A DNA stretch of 63,331 bases, the filler included, from Perkinsus chesapeaki ATCC PRA-425 (taxonomy: Eukaryota; Protista; Perkinsozoa): assembly GCA_013115145.1 (NCBI GenBank). It is 5 parts of 5 records of this genome, joined end to end, with 100 filler letters (N's around TTAATTAATTAA, not from the genome) between each part and the next. Parts side by side here need not be neighbours in the genome. Positions count along the whole stretch, not along the records: positions 1 to 23,255 come from JAAPAO010000564.1; 4 more parts are not named here. One strand, 5' to 3'. The position numbers and the translations under genes were made by a program. Every line of letters begins with the position of its first letter. Positions within the stretch are counted from its first letter, which is position 1. Under the pieces are notes generated by a model that had not been told where the DNA came from, searched no databases, and saw only the letters and a list, made by a program, of their open reading frames with translations. Below are positions 1-14,200 of the stretch, piece after piece.

Positions 1-3000
1 CAGTAGAACCAGTTTGAGGTTGTTGAACGGAAAATTAAGCTGCGACCAGTAACCTGAAGTAAGCTCCTAGCTGCAGAATCCCTATTAGTTTTGAAAGCTT
101 CGCCTACCTGTTGGTCCGAACATGTACTATCACATCGTCTTTGCTCACCTCAATGGCCGACACCCGGTCCGGGAACAGGGCAGTCACACAATTGGGTTTT
201 ACAAGCCTTATAGTTTTAATAAAGAGCGGGAAGCGTCGAGCCTCTTGCTCTGGATGAATAGAAATGCTAGTCCCGTTGTAGCTGATCATCCAGAGATAGC
301 AGTGGGCCCGACCGTCACAAGTCTTACGTTATCCTGTAAATCGCATACTGAGAGGTAGCCAAACTGTTGTGGCTTGATCCGTCATCTTTGTATCTTCAAC
401 GAGATTCTTGTTTTGCCATAAACACTGAAGGCTGAGATACTTACACTTCTCCATAAGCCTGCAGCGTCTCAGGGTCTTCATAAATCCACAGGCTGATTGG
501 GCCGGCTTCGTTTCCTTTGGTCGAGTCTCCTATATTTTCTTGTATCCTGAAGACAGCATGAGTTTGGAAATCATCGCAGCATTTCGCGACTTACGGTATT
601 ATGCTGCCGGCACGATAGAATCTTGGGATGGCATCCAGAGTAACCGGTGCTGTGTGAAGCTCCCCACCTCTGAGAATCTGAGCGGAACAATACAGGAGCC
701 GTAATAACTTAATCCGGAATGCTGTCGAGTATTAGCTACCTGGGACTCTCGGTTATACCATTGCGTTCCCGCGGGAAGATACACATCTACAGCAGTAGCA
801 CCTTCCTCAGTGACACCGCGTACAAGTATATCGGTGCCGAGAATGACCTGAACAGAGGGAATTTCCAATTTGCACAATTACATAAATAAAATGCGTCACC
901 TCTTGGTCCATAACAGCATCATATTCCTTATCCTTAGCATCATAAGTGTTAGTGTCATGTAAATAATCAAACCATAATGGACGTAACATAGGTTCTCCAA
1001 ACATAGAATAACGAGCAAATAGTGTATACCAGAACGGAAGGAGTTGATATCTGTTCAAACGATGGAAAACTACTTCTCATCATTCAAGCAGCTTACCTGT
1101 CATGAACAGCATCACGGAATCTTCTAATCGTTTCGTTATCATAATGCCAAGGATCTCGAGGAGGAGAGACAATGTCCGAATGTAGCCTAAAGTGAAGTAA
1201 TAACATTACATTGTTATACAAGATTTACCTGTAAAATACACTGGTGGCAGCCGCTAATTGATTCCATCGAACCAGAAGCTCACTGGAAGGTTGTCCAGTA
1301 AAACCGCCAACATCTGAACCACTGAAAGAGTATCTGAAGAAAAACACTTTGAAGATGATGTCATTGTGTAAGGCCTGGCTACCCTCCAGGAGCAGATAAT
1401 GTGATAAACATAGGTAGAACAGCTTGAAGGTTATCCCATTGAGATAAACTGTCACCATTCCACATGGGACCGTGCCTCACAGAGAAAGGATAATAGGAGG
1501 AGTACTCTACTCAGTGATGTTGTCTCTACATGTGGCTGCCAAGGTAAAAACTCCTTGTTAGAATAAAAGGACGCTTGCCTGGGCGGCGGTACTTCAGATG
1601 GCCTTCGAAGCTTGCCATTCGGAAGTAGTGGCCGTATCTGGAGGTCACAAGCGAAGTGCACACATTACTTATCGCATTGAGACCTACGCGTTATGCACAT
1701 CGCGGTGCTCTATGTTACCAGCGTGGACAAGATCGCGGCCCATCGTCATCTGCGGAGGACGCCACAATTCTATTAACTTCGCGACATGAAAAAATAAATT
1801 GTCAGTAGAATCGAAATGAAATGAACTACTACCAAGATCCTTACCTCCATGCTACCGAAGGTCACAGGCTCGTTCATGTCATTCCATGTGTAGAAGTGCT
1901 CGTTGATGCCATCTGGCTTAAACAACCTATCAGCATACCGAGCTCACAGCTGCTCAGTCTCGTCTAGGATCCTACCTTGCCCACCACTCCCGAACTCTAG
2001 CACTGGTGAAGTCAGGCCAAGCACTTATCTCGGGCCAGCAGACTCCCTTATATACTTCATCTATGTACGCCTTTTTATACTTGCAGCTCTAAACCAAGGA
2101 ACCATCCCGGAGAGCCTAGACGACTGTATTATGCCCAAGAGCATACCTCCTTCTGTGATGGTGTAGTCTCCTCCGTTCCTCTGAACAAAACTGAACGGCG
2201 AGTATCAGCAGAGATAGCCCTCGCGATTTACCGCTTTTGTTTCTGGTGGCGGGGCACCATTGGTCACGGAAGTAGCGCTCTTTCACATAAACATCTTTGA
2301 AATAACCATCGAGGTAAATGGAGTAGCTGAAACACATGGTGTGAAGAGGGTAATCGCACCGGTATGACTCTCGAGATGCCTTCAGATGTGGATCCACAAT
2401 AGTAACCATCTCCTTACCGAGAGAGTTGACATGTTTAACCATACCCAAAGGATCAGGGAATAACGTCGTGTTCCACGTGAAATACCTTCACAATGAATAT
2501 ACAGGCAAAGATAGAATCTGGCTAAACTCACTGCTTGCCGTTTGTGTGCTCTATGTCCAGCCAATAGACATCTACTGGAATATTGTACTTCGTGTAGTTA
2601 TCCACAATTCCGAGAATATCTTCCTGACTCTGAGGAGGAAGAGGGCAATGCAAATAGAGCGACGGTTAAGTAGCTCTCACCTCGTAGCTATAATGAGAAC
2701 GATGGAAACCTAAACTGAAGTAGGGAGGCAGAGGGGCATATCCAACAACATCATGATATGATTTCATAGCCTAATACGGAGAGAATATGGGATTGGAGGA
2801 AACTGTGTAAACGTTACCGCGATTGGGGTTCTCTGAGGGAAAAGGAAAAGGTCAATAACACCGGACTCAGAAAGGAACCAGGAGTGGACGGAATCTGATA
2901 AAGTGATTTCACAGCAATGAAAGAAGTGGATTCTCACCATCTTCATTCTTTAGCAATGCTATGTAAGTATCGGAAGGGTTCACCCATAACACAGATGATC

Positions 3001-4420
3001 GAGTAGGAGATGTGGACTCATTAAATACCTGAAAAATTGATGGACATAAGCACTGGAAAGCAGAGGATTTGCATTTACAGCTCCCTACCTGTAGAGCTGT
3101 CAATGTGGGAACTGTCCCATAGAGTGCCTCGGTACCACTGTCCACAGAGTAGGCGGCAAAGCCCAGGCTAAAAAACCTGTCAAAAAGAGGAGCCTTGCAT
3201 ATGTTATACGTAATGGCCAGCGATGCTCACCTGTAAAGGTTCTCGTCGGAATCACCTCCCGCTCTGAGCTTCACTTTTCGGGTGCCTTTTAAAGGTAGAC
3301 CGTAGAGAGCCGGAACCTTTCCAAGAAAGGTGATGTCCAAAGCGACCGAGCTGGGTCCTATGAAGATAACTTCGTCAAGTATAAGCGAGCTAAATGCACC
3401 CGACCGTAAGGCTTATGGTCAGTGAGGCCCTGGAACTCTTCCGCCCAGTCCCCGGTGTGAACCTTCGGTGTGCATGCAGGATCGAGGTAGAGACTCGATG
3501 AGCGCTTCAAACCAAACGGACTATCACAAGGTAGCAGCATTTGGGAGCATGAAACGGAAGCAATAACCTACCAAGGATCTCCGTAATGTCTACGAGTACT
3601 CTCGATTTGAAACATTTGCTTCTCATTGATGGTCTGAATGACTCTACCGTCAACCGAAAGGGAGATGACCTGAGGAGGCAGCTCCAACTGATGGTACGCA
3701 CGAACGACTTACAACAGTATTGTGATCGAGTTGTACGGTGGTGGAGTCGCCGAGATCAAACGTGGATACTCGATCCTGATGCTAAAATAACAACCATGAG
3801 CACCCGAGAACCCGTCACCTCTTTGTTGTAGGAATAATTCACATTAGGATGCGGTTTAAGCTGAGAGTCTTGGATAACATCACCACTTGGAATGCGATAT
3901 CTGGCTACCAGAAGTATAAAATACAGTAATGACTAGTCCACTTACCTTTTGCGTTTGGTACCGGCCGCATTCCGGTTTTCGTCAACAATTAGTCTGATAG
4001 TGTTGCCCAGATAGAAGTGCAACTTGAGAAAACTCCCTAAGGTGCTGCAGACACTACGCACTCTCACCTCTGCATGAAGGATAGGCTGTGCGGGCGAGTA
4101 CCACGACCCCTTTATCCTTGTACTTTTTATCGGTATCTTGTAAATGCCCAGATTGTTACTGCGCAATTTACCAGACGACACCTGAAGAACGGATATTTTG
4201 GAAATGAGGTGCTAGGGCAAGTTCCACGAGAGCTACCCAAGCGAGGTTGTTCACTAAAGCTTACCGTATATATGTTGCGCTTTTTAGAGGGCAGCCGGGA
4301 CCAGTCCCTGAATCTAACGCAGAAGCTAGTATCACTGCAGTTCCTATGAGGATTCACCAAGTCCTCGTCAGTCCAGCTACAGACTAGTAGGGGGATTAGC
4401 GCAGAAGTGATGCAGCGCAT
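1..4420 (-). CDS. GH31 alpha-glucosidase (glucosidase II alpha-like) paralog A, multi-exon; 3' end at or just beyond window start
   Basis: Signal-peptide-like start MRCITSALIPLLVCS then RNCSDTSFCVRFRDW; catalytic FYTWNDMNEP (~1865-1900); HGPMWNGDS (~1450-1475); FSGSDVGGF; ELLVRWNQLAA; NRYQLLPFWYTLF; YLDD near C-terminus; many short GT-AG introns. Confidence 0.9.
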
Positions 4421-5503
4421 AGTTGGGAGCGTGAGTGCTGAGGAATGCCAAGGCGGATACGTACTGAGGGGGGTTCTCCGTGGATGCCAACGGTCGATGA
4501 ACGCTTAGCTCAACGAAGAGCTCGCCCGATGAGCTAGATGAGCCGCGTCGCAGGTCCCTCGGGTATGCAATCCATAATGTGCATCATGTGGGGTCCCAAA
4601 CGATGGTACCAAGAAGAAACTGACCACGCGGCTAGGAGAAAAAGCCAGCCGTACTTTTCCAGCAAGGAATTCGTTTCCAGCGGTTCGAGAAGGCTACCGT
4701 GTGGAGTATGATATGTCACAGCGCGCTCATGTACGAAAACACTTGCTGGCGGACTTTTGGCTGTTCTCAATGAGAGCTTCTCATACCAAATATCAGGTTA
4801 GAATGTAGCTGCGCGATCGTTCATTATATGTTAAGCGCTCTTGCATAGATGAGGTAGTACGAGATTTCTGTATGCCCTTTATATTGGGTTAACACTGTTC
4901 GCACATCTTAGCTAACCCGTCAGGCGTGCACGCATACGATGATATTCGGAGGACGGGCAAGCTGACAGAAACCTGCTGGTTCTGAGTTTGCACTTTCGTT
5001 TCGAGTTATGTGAACTGGAGGTGTAAGGGGTTCTGACTCAGGGCTTCCCACGCCAAGGTATTCGCCTATTTCGCTAAGTACTGTTTTCTATACATTTAAC
5101 ACAGCTCGTCGTCTGCGATGAAATGTCGACGAACTCCGGTCACCAGCTGATAGTGCCAAGTGAAAAGGGCTGGTGAGATCCGTGGCTGATGGCTTACACA
5201 CACAAGACACTGTTATGAGACGATAAAGTTCAGTAAATTACCGAAGAATACCCTGAGCGGGTTGAAAGATGCAGCTGACACATCAAATTCTGCAATCCAA
5301 TGTAGCTTTCGGAAGTCTCTTCCAGTCAAACAACGCAGCCTTTAGTCCGTGGGGATGTCGGTGAGGTCTTCAGAGGGAACGCGAGCCTCGGACGACAAAC
5401 TGAAAGACATATATGCAGCCAGTAGAGACCTAAGGCGGAACTTGAGAAATAGCTCCAGTTGCCACAACGACAGAGTTGAAAGGCGAGAACGGGCTTAGCT
5501 AAT

Positions 5504-8500
5504 TCATAAACCGCTGAAAATTGTGTCGGCAAAATCTAAGCTCAGGACTTGAACCACCAAAAGACACTCTAGTAGATAACAGCCGAGCGGCGCTATGCCG
5601 CACTTCGTAGTTGTAAAGGCTTCAGGCTTACCCGTCCTCTGATACGCGCAAAGTTTCGTCCTCAAAGTTGATGATGATCATCGGATTGGAATCGGACGTA
5701 CGTCCTGCCGTAGGAACCCCGTCAGATACTGAATGAGCAAGAAGCATGTTCCGCAATCTGGGTGCATACGGCGGTTCTTACCTCCGTTGGGAGTAACAAC
5801 CTTGATCTGGCCAATGAGAAGGGGGAAATCTCCATGACCGGAAGCTCTGTGGATGTTGATATCCGAGTGATTGAACCTAACCGTGCCGGTTCCGTGATGA
5901 TGTAAGTGAAGAGCTGCGAAGCCAAGCTTACGATAACTTATAAAGCGCAAATTGTCCCACAGATATACTGTCAAAGCTCGAGCCATCATCAAGGTACCTG
6001 CAATACCGAAAAGTGTTAAATGTTGAGCGCCTAATCTGGGTTTGGTCCTTACACGTATCCTTCCGCCGTGTTTGTCTGGGGGTCCTCGAAAACCCACAAG
6101 GTGATGGGATCATTCTGTGTCCCCTTTGTGGAGTCTCTGACGCATTCTTTCCGCCTGAGAACGACGATTTTCCCGAGGCAGGATATCAACCAGAGCTTAC
6201 GGTATGATACTGCCGGCACGGTAGAATCTCGGGATTGCATCGAGGGTCACGTTGACTGATCGCAAAGCACCACCATCAATGACCTACATATAATGCAATT
6301 ACAGACGGAACTTTCTCAACGCAATGGCCCATCCGAATTCGAGATAGGAAGGATTCCACATTGGTCGACTCTAACGGGCTCACCTCGTGGTTCTCGTTAT
6401 ACCATTGAGTTCCTGCTGGAAAGTACATCCCGACGGAAGTGACACCATCCTCAGTAACACCGCGCACAAGAATATCGGTACCGAGAACGACCTGAGCATA
6501 GAATACATATGACTTCCCAACTGAGACGACTTACCTCTTGGTCCATAACAGCATCATATTCCTTATCCTTAGCATCATAAGTGTTAGTGTCATGTAAATA
6601 ATCAAACCATAATGGGCGTAACATAGGTTCTCCAAACATAGAATAACGAGCAAATAGTGTATACCAGAATGGAAGGAGTTCATATCTGTTCAAACGAAGG
6701 AAAACTACTTCTCATCACTCAAGCAGCTTACCTGTCATGAACAGCATCACGGAATCTTCTAATGGTTTCGTTATCATAATGCCAAGGATCTCGAGGAGGA
6801 GAGACAATGTCCGAATGTAGCCTAAAGTGGAGTAATAACATTACATTGTTATACAAGGTTTACCTGTAAAACACACTGGTGGCAGCCGCTAATTGATTCC
6901 ATCGAACCAGAAGCTCACTGGAAGGTTGTCCAGTAAAACCGCCAACATCTGAACCACTGAAAGAGTATCTGAAGAAAAACGGTTTGGAGATGATGTCATT
7001 GTGTAAGGCCTGGCTACCCTCCAGGAGCAGATAATGTGATAAACATAGGTAGAACAGCTTGAAGGTTATCCCATTGAGATAAACTGTCACCATTCCACAT
7101 GGGACCGTACCTCACAGAGAAAGGATAAAAGGAGGAGTACTCTGTTGCCTCTACATGTGGCTGCCAAGGTAAAAACTCCTTGTTAGAATGAAAGGACGCT
7201 TGCCTGGGCGGCGGTACTTCAGATGGCCTTCGAAGCTTGCCATTCGGAAGTAGTGGCCATATCTGAAAAGCATAATCCGTATCTTACAGTTCATTTTCAC
7301 CTACGCATTATGCACATCACGATGTTCGATGTCTCCTGCGTGAACTAGATCTCGGTTCATCGTCATCTGAAGTGAGCAACCCCTCAAATCCCTTCTCAAG
7401 TTCACAACAAAAAAGCAAGCTACCTCCATATCTTCGAATACAGCAGGTTCGTTCATATCATTCCAAGTATAAAAGTACTCGTTAATGCCATCGGGCTTAA
7501 ACAACCTGCGAACGCAGAACTTGCCGTAAGATACATATCGGTAGAATTGCCTACTCTGACCACCACTCTCGGACCCTCGGCGCCGTGAAGTCAGGCCAAG
7601 CGCTGATGCCAGGCCAGCAAAGGCCTTTAAAGACTTCATCGGTGTGGGACTTGCACTGTTCTGAGTCCTAAAAATGCAGACGCATACCGAACCAAGAGAG
7701 CTTGAAAGCGTGTACCTCGGTCTCAGGCATTCGCTCCTCGGCGCCTCGAAGGTAACCTGGAAGTGAGACGGTGACAAGCAAGCAATGCAGAAGCTTTCAC
7801 GCTTACCATCTATGGATGTATGATGTTCGAGGCATCCCTCGAGGTGGCAGAAATACCTCTCCTTGACATAAACGTCTTTGCAGAACCCATCCAAGAAAAT
7901 GGGATAACTGCGATCGGTTTATCGGAACAGAAATGCCGATAGGGGTTCTACCTTCGAGATGCCTTCAGATGTGGATCCACAATAGTAACCACCTCCTTAC
8001 CGAGAGAGTTGACATGTTTAACCATACCCAAAGGATCAGGGAATAACGTCGTGTTCCACGTGAAATACCTTCACAATGAATATACAGGCAAAGATAGAAT
8101 CTGGGTAAACTCACTGCTTGCCGTTTGTGTGCTCTATGTCCAGCCAATAGACATCTACTGGAATATTGTACTTCGTGTAGTTATCCACAATTCCGAGAAT
8201 ATCTTCCTGACTCTGAGGAGGAAGAGGGCAATGCAAATAGAGCGACGGTTAAGTAGCTCTCACCTCGTAGCTATAATGAGAACGATGGAAACCTAAACTG
8301 AAGTAGGGAGGCAGAGGGGCATATCCAACAACATCATGATATGATTTCATAGCCTAATACGGAGAGAATGTGGGATTGGAGACAAATGTGTAAACGTTAC
8401 CGCGATTGGGGTTCTCTGAGGGAAAAGGAAAAGGTCAATAACACCGGACTCAGAAAGGAACCAGGAGTGGACGGAATCTGATAAAGTGATTTCACAGCAA

Positions 8501-9982
8501 TGAAAGAAGTGGATTCTCACCATCTTCATTCTTTAGCAATGCTATGTAAGTATCGGAAGGGTTCACCCATAACACAGATGATCGAGCAGGAGATGTGGAC
8601 TCATTAAATACCTGAAATTGGAAAGATGTCAAAAGCTTTACATTAGCCCTTCCAACAGCGCACTTGTAAAGCTGTCATTGTGGGAACTGTCCCATAGAGT
8701 GCCGATGTACCACTGTCGACACTGTCGACTCGACAGAATAGGCCGCGTAACCCAAGTTGAAGAACCTGCAGAATGCAAGTCTGCATCTTCTTGGATACTC
8801 ATACCTTACCGGTAAAGCTTGTTGTCAGCATCCCCGTCGATTTTCAGTTTCAAGCTTCGAGTGCCTTTCTCGGGCAACCCGTACAAAGCAGGAACCCTAC
8901 CGTGAAAGGTTATGTCTACCGCGACCGAGGATGGACCTGGGGTATAGCAAGAAGTGGGAAAATCACCGAACACGACTCCTGACCATAAGGCTTATAATCG
9001 GTGAGGCCTCTGTATTCCTCTGCCCAGGCTCCATGTTGAACCTTCGGCGTACAAGCAGGATCGAGGTAGAGGCTTGAGGAACGCTTCAAGTCGAAAGGAC
9101 TATGATGAAGAAGTCACAGTTGGTAGCATGAAACGGAAGCAATAACCTACCAAGGATCTCCGTAATGTCTACGAGTACTCTCGATTTGAAACATTTGCTT
9201 CTCATTGATGGTCTGAATGACTCTACCGTCAACCGAAAGGGAGATGACCTGAGGAGGCAGCTCCAACTGATGGTACGCACGAACGACTTACAACAGTGTT
9301 GTGATCGAGTTGTACGGTGGTGGAGTCGCCGAGATCAAACGTGGATACTCGATCCTGATGCGAAAATAACAACTATGAGCACCCGAGAACCCGTCACCTC
9401 TTTGTTGTAGGAATAATTCACATTAGGATGCGGTTTGAGCTGAGAGTCTTGGACAACATCACCACTTGGAATGCGATATCTGCATTAGTTCGAAGATATT
9501 CGTAACACGAATCAACAACATTAGGACCTAGTTCTGCGCTCTCCCACAACATCTTGGTTCTCGTCTACAATAAGCCGAACGGTGTTATCCACATAGAAGT
9601 GGAGCTGAGCGATCATACCACAACTTCACGTCGGTGGACACACGAATGGCCTACCTCTGCCATTAGAATGGGTTCGCGAAGCCCCTCTATTCTGCTGCTC
9701 ATTATAGGGACGCTGTAGACACCCGGACTCTCGGTCTTCAGCTGCCGATCAGATATCTGATTGCACCTCAGATATTGCAGACTCGATCAATCGCCGCTTG
9801 TAAGAGAAGGTCGACGAAGGGCTTACGTGATATATCTTGCGGTCATCGATAGGTAGCCGGGTCCAGTCTCGAAATCTATTGCAGAAGCTGTTCTCACTGC
9901 AGGTCCTATGGGGGTTCACTAAACCCTGTGCGGAAACGTGCAGAGCTATGAGCAAAGGGAAGAACAAGCCGCGGAAGAGCAT
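5504..9982 (-). CDS. GH31 alpha-glucosidase paralog B, multi-exon (3' end approximate)
   Basis: Start MLFRGLFFPLLIALHVSAQG then RTCSENSFCNRFRDW; YFYTWNDMNEPAVF (~7450-7490); DIEHRDVHNA; FSGSDVGGF; NRYELLPFWYTLF; YLDDGSSF. Confidence 0.9.
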
Positions 9983-10447
9983 CGTTGAAAAGAGAAGCCA
10001 CTGTATCTTACGATAATGAGGCTTATGACGCGGACAACCTTGTGACCAGCACTCATTTTGGCGACGATGAGGACTAGCGATCAGATTCTCCGCAGAAGCT
10101 AGAATACGCAAAAAGATATCGCGAAACTTGGGGGTCCCAAGAGAAGGCATGAACTTTCGGGGTAGGACGAGGTCATCACACAGCTTCACGATGTGTGGGC
10201 TTCATTGGCGAGAAAGGCTTCGAACTGGCATGCAACAGCAGCCGTGCAAATTACGCGCGACAATCCTCGTCCGCTCAGCGGAAGATACTGAACGCAACAC
10301 AAAAAGATATCGAGTGTATTCATGTTCGCGAGTGGATTCATGCTTGATACTTCTGAGCCGACTTGGCGAGACGCAACGGAATGCTAACAAGTCTCGGAGA
10401 AACAGTTCCCGCCCGATGTTAAGCGTCTAACCAGACGGTATTTGCGC

Positions 10448-10484
10448 TGCTGTAGCAACCTCCAGGCTGGAGGTTGCTACAGCA
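10448..10484. repeat. Perfect 17-bp inverted repeat with 3-nt loop
   Basis: TGCTGTAGCAACCTCCA-ggc-TGGAGGTTGCTACAGCA read directly. Confidence 0.9.
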
Positions 10485-11249
10485 CTAGAGCACGGACTGG
10501 ATGCTCCAGTCTTCCCCTGAAGTGATGAATGGATATACGACGGCGACGGTTGCTCTAACTGCTTCAGTTTATAGAGAGGAGTATTCCGTTTGAAATGAGC
10601 CTCGTACCCACCAACCTCGAGGCTGCGCGACTCTAAGTAGCTAGGCTCGCAGACGCTCAGCAGCAATAACTGGGCCACGTTGTAAACCGAATCTGTCAAG
10701 CCAAACGTTCTTGGAGGACACAGCGTGTCAACTCATTCTGCTTAGCGGGTGACTGGGGTACAGGTAGGCAAGAGACAGTATTTTCAGGTTCAACAGTGCG
10801 CAGTAGCAAACAAGTTACTATGGACGCCCCGAACTCGACCTTCTTGCACCAGGCCTTCAGAAAGTTCTTAATGACAAAAATCTGATCTTAACCTGGTTCC
10901 AAACTGTGTGACATGCGTTGTTGAACATGACGCTTAGCTCTGAATAAAGAAATCATGAGATCAGTCCTACGTGACTGATCTCTGAACGGCTTCCTCTAGC
11001 TGGAAACCTTCGCTAGTAATAACACAAGTGGAATCTATCATTGTGCAAAAGGAGACAACTAACCGGCTCGCGCGCGCAATGGTGCGGGTCGCAGCGACAA
11101 GGACTAACGAACTCAAAACCAGTACGCTATGAGAAAACGCTTATCATCAGCGAGATGTTCATATCTAATCATTGTTAAACCTAACTCAAGATTCCTCAGT
11201 CCTGTAAGCAGGTTGAACCCTCGACGTGAGACAGTTACAATCCTGCAGA

Positions 11250-14200
11250 ATTCAGTAACATAATAAAGAAGGATAAAGGCGTCCGAATAGACGTGCCCTT
11301 TCTACGAAGGTGCTCTAGCGATATGAAATAAGTATCAGAAGACCTTGACAGTCTGAGATTCTCCAGGTAGGGTGCATACCATCGCAGGCAACTTGATCGT
11401 GGCCTTAGGGGCCTCGCTCTCTTTGTCGGCAGCTACCCACTTTGGGCCAAACGTCTCCTCGACGCCGTACGAAGTTATGCGCAAGCTACCTACGAAAGGT
11501 CAACGTTAAGGGAATAACGCAAAAAAATTCTCCTTACGTAGGGACACACTGTGATCAATTCCGAAGATGACCACTTCCGCGAAGCAAAAGTTGTAGGGTC
11601 CACTTCCTCCGTCGGGTGAAACAGCGATACTGCCGCTCGAATACCTGAGAATGTTGCTGAAACATCGACGGACTCCCGAGCTGAAGGCGACACCTTTCAG
11701 GAACGATGGTCGCCGTATGCTTCGAGTGCGACGCTACAGAATCATTTCGGGATTTAAAGAGATGACCAAAACGCTAGACGCACCGCCTCAAAGCCAATTC
11801 AATTCTGTGTGACCGACTTTATTTTCCAGAAGTTGTGCTCGTCCTCATGGGTGCTGTTATAACTTATAGTATCGTCCAGATACCTGTACACAGTTTTTGA
11901 GGAGAAAATTCCAGCGTATACGTACACATGGCCTTCTGCCGACTTGGTTTTAGGGTCCAAGTACACGTACAAACTATAGCTGTCATTCATCATCAGACTG
12001 CTCGAGTTGCGAGTGGTGGTCTTCTTGCTGGGGGGAGGTGGTTGGTGGAACTATGACCATCACACAGTGCCTACGCGATGATGCTCCCAGCACGGAAGTA
12101 GCGCGGGATGTCATCCATGGTCACGTCGACGTCCTTCCAACCGGTAGGCATGAGCTGATACACACCGTGTGCCAAGGTCGATTCGAATAACCTCACTTCG
12201 CCACTAGGCTTGTACCATCGCGAGCATCGAGGAAAGTAGACCTTAACAGACTTAACGCCCTGGTCAGTCACCCCGCGGACCATGATATCCGAGCCAACAA
12301 GGACCTGGGGTCGAAAAATGGATCGACCCAGATGAATCGCCCTACTTGCTGATCGATGGCTTTGTCGCAGTCAGCGAATGTACATTCATAGGTAGTGGGA
12401 TCGTCCAGATAGGCGTACCAGAGGGGACGAATAATAGGCTCGCCGAAATAGGAGTATCGAGCGAAGGCATGGTACCAGTAAGGCAGGAGGTGATACCTGT
12501 CGAAGCCGGCACTACGGTAGTGGAAACGTCGGAAGATGCTACGTAGATATGGATACAGTACAGTATAGGTCATAAGATCGCACGGCAGAAATGGAGAGCT
12601 TAGCTCTACGCCTCAAGAGGACTACTAAGTATACACTATCGTGCCGTAACCTCAGAAAGCAGCTGTCGCCAGCTCGTGCATGGGATACTGGGCCGCAACA
12701 AGGGTCGTCGAAAGCGAAAGGTGATAAACCCTTCGGAAAGAGCTGCTGCATACAAACAAGCTGAATAAAGTGTTTAAGAATGATATAATAGTTCGATGGT
12801 GTCCAATGTGTTCGATACGTCATACCTCTCAACAGTAGCATTCTTCACACGGCTCAGGGTATCACTGTCGAACAGCCAGGGGTCCCTCTGCGGTGACTTA
12901 ATGTCCGAGTGCAGCCTGAACAGCGGATACGGCAACATGCGCACAGACGAGCAACCAACCTGAAGAAGGCATTGGTGGCAGCGCTTAGCTGGAACCATCT
13001 AGTGTAAAGCTCAGCGTCCGGACTCCCTATGAAGCCACCGATGTCCGAGCCGGTGAAGGAGTATCTGTCAGCCATGGCCTCCTTATTGAAAGATAACTAC
13101 GCCACACCCTCCAGTGGCAGCCAATGCACTTATCATAGGCAGGACCGCTTGAAGGTTATCCCATTGAGATACCGAGTCACCAGTCCACATAGGTCCGAAT
13201 CTGAAAAAACGGAAAACCTGATATGATCTTCAACTTGTCAACATACCTGTGGCTCCCTACGAAGAAGCTGCGTGTCAGAACGAATGGGCGCTTGCCGGGG
13301 AAGCGGTGCACACGTTGACCCTCAAAGGACGCTCGGCGAAAGTAATGGCCGTATCTACCAGAAACAATCACCACATAAGCAACGAAATGCAGTGGGTACA
13401 TATTATGGACGTCGCGGTGCTCGGTTTTCTCGGAATGGACCAGATCACGGGGCATCGTTTTCTGAAAACCTCCCACTGGCGACAGTTCCCCAACTTACGG
13501 TTACCTCTGGAATGTCAAACACACTGGGCTCGTTCATATCATTCCAAGTATAGAAGTTGTCGTTGAGATTGTCCGGGCTAAAGAGCCTGGAAACCGCTGC
13601 CACACTTTGCCTGGCGTCGACTGGGACTCACTTTGCCCACCAGTCCCTCACGGAGTCGTTGGTGAAGTCCGGCCAGACACTTAAGCCCGGCCAACAGGAC
13701 CCTTCAAAGTTCTTATCTGTTGAACCACCTAGAATGAAGCCGGACTGAGCTAGCTGGTCATGTGCAGAGAGCTTCACTTCCTTTGTGGATCCGCTCCTTC
13801 ACGAAGACGTTCTTGCAGTTGCCAGAAGAATACACGGGGTAACTGCGGGTAGTCATACGGAGCGTGGAAGTGGTAGAGTAGGAGCCAGCACTTATTGTCG
13901 ACTTTGATGTGAGGGTCCACGATGGTGACCATTTCCTTCCCCTCAGCTCGGACCATCTGAGACATTTTCATCGGGTCAGGAAAGAGTGTATAGTTCCAAG
14001 TGAAGTATCTAAGGAGTTGCCTGTGGCTGTCCAGTTTGCGGAAATGGTAGCACTTCTTGGCGTCAGTGTGCTCGATGTCCAACCAGAAGACGTCCACTGG
14101 GAACCCCTCCGAGGTGTACTTAGTGACGAGGTTCTCAACATCCTTCTGGCTCTGAAACAGAACCTCGCGTGCCGATCAGTTACATGAAGAGCCTTAAGGA

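Noticed and set aside
4534-4770. ORF with YGWLFLLAAW, reminiscent of selenoprotein S
   Set aside because: Only a few residues match; no coiled-coil, Sec codon or supporting exons.
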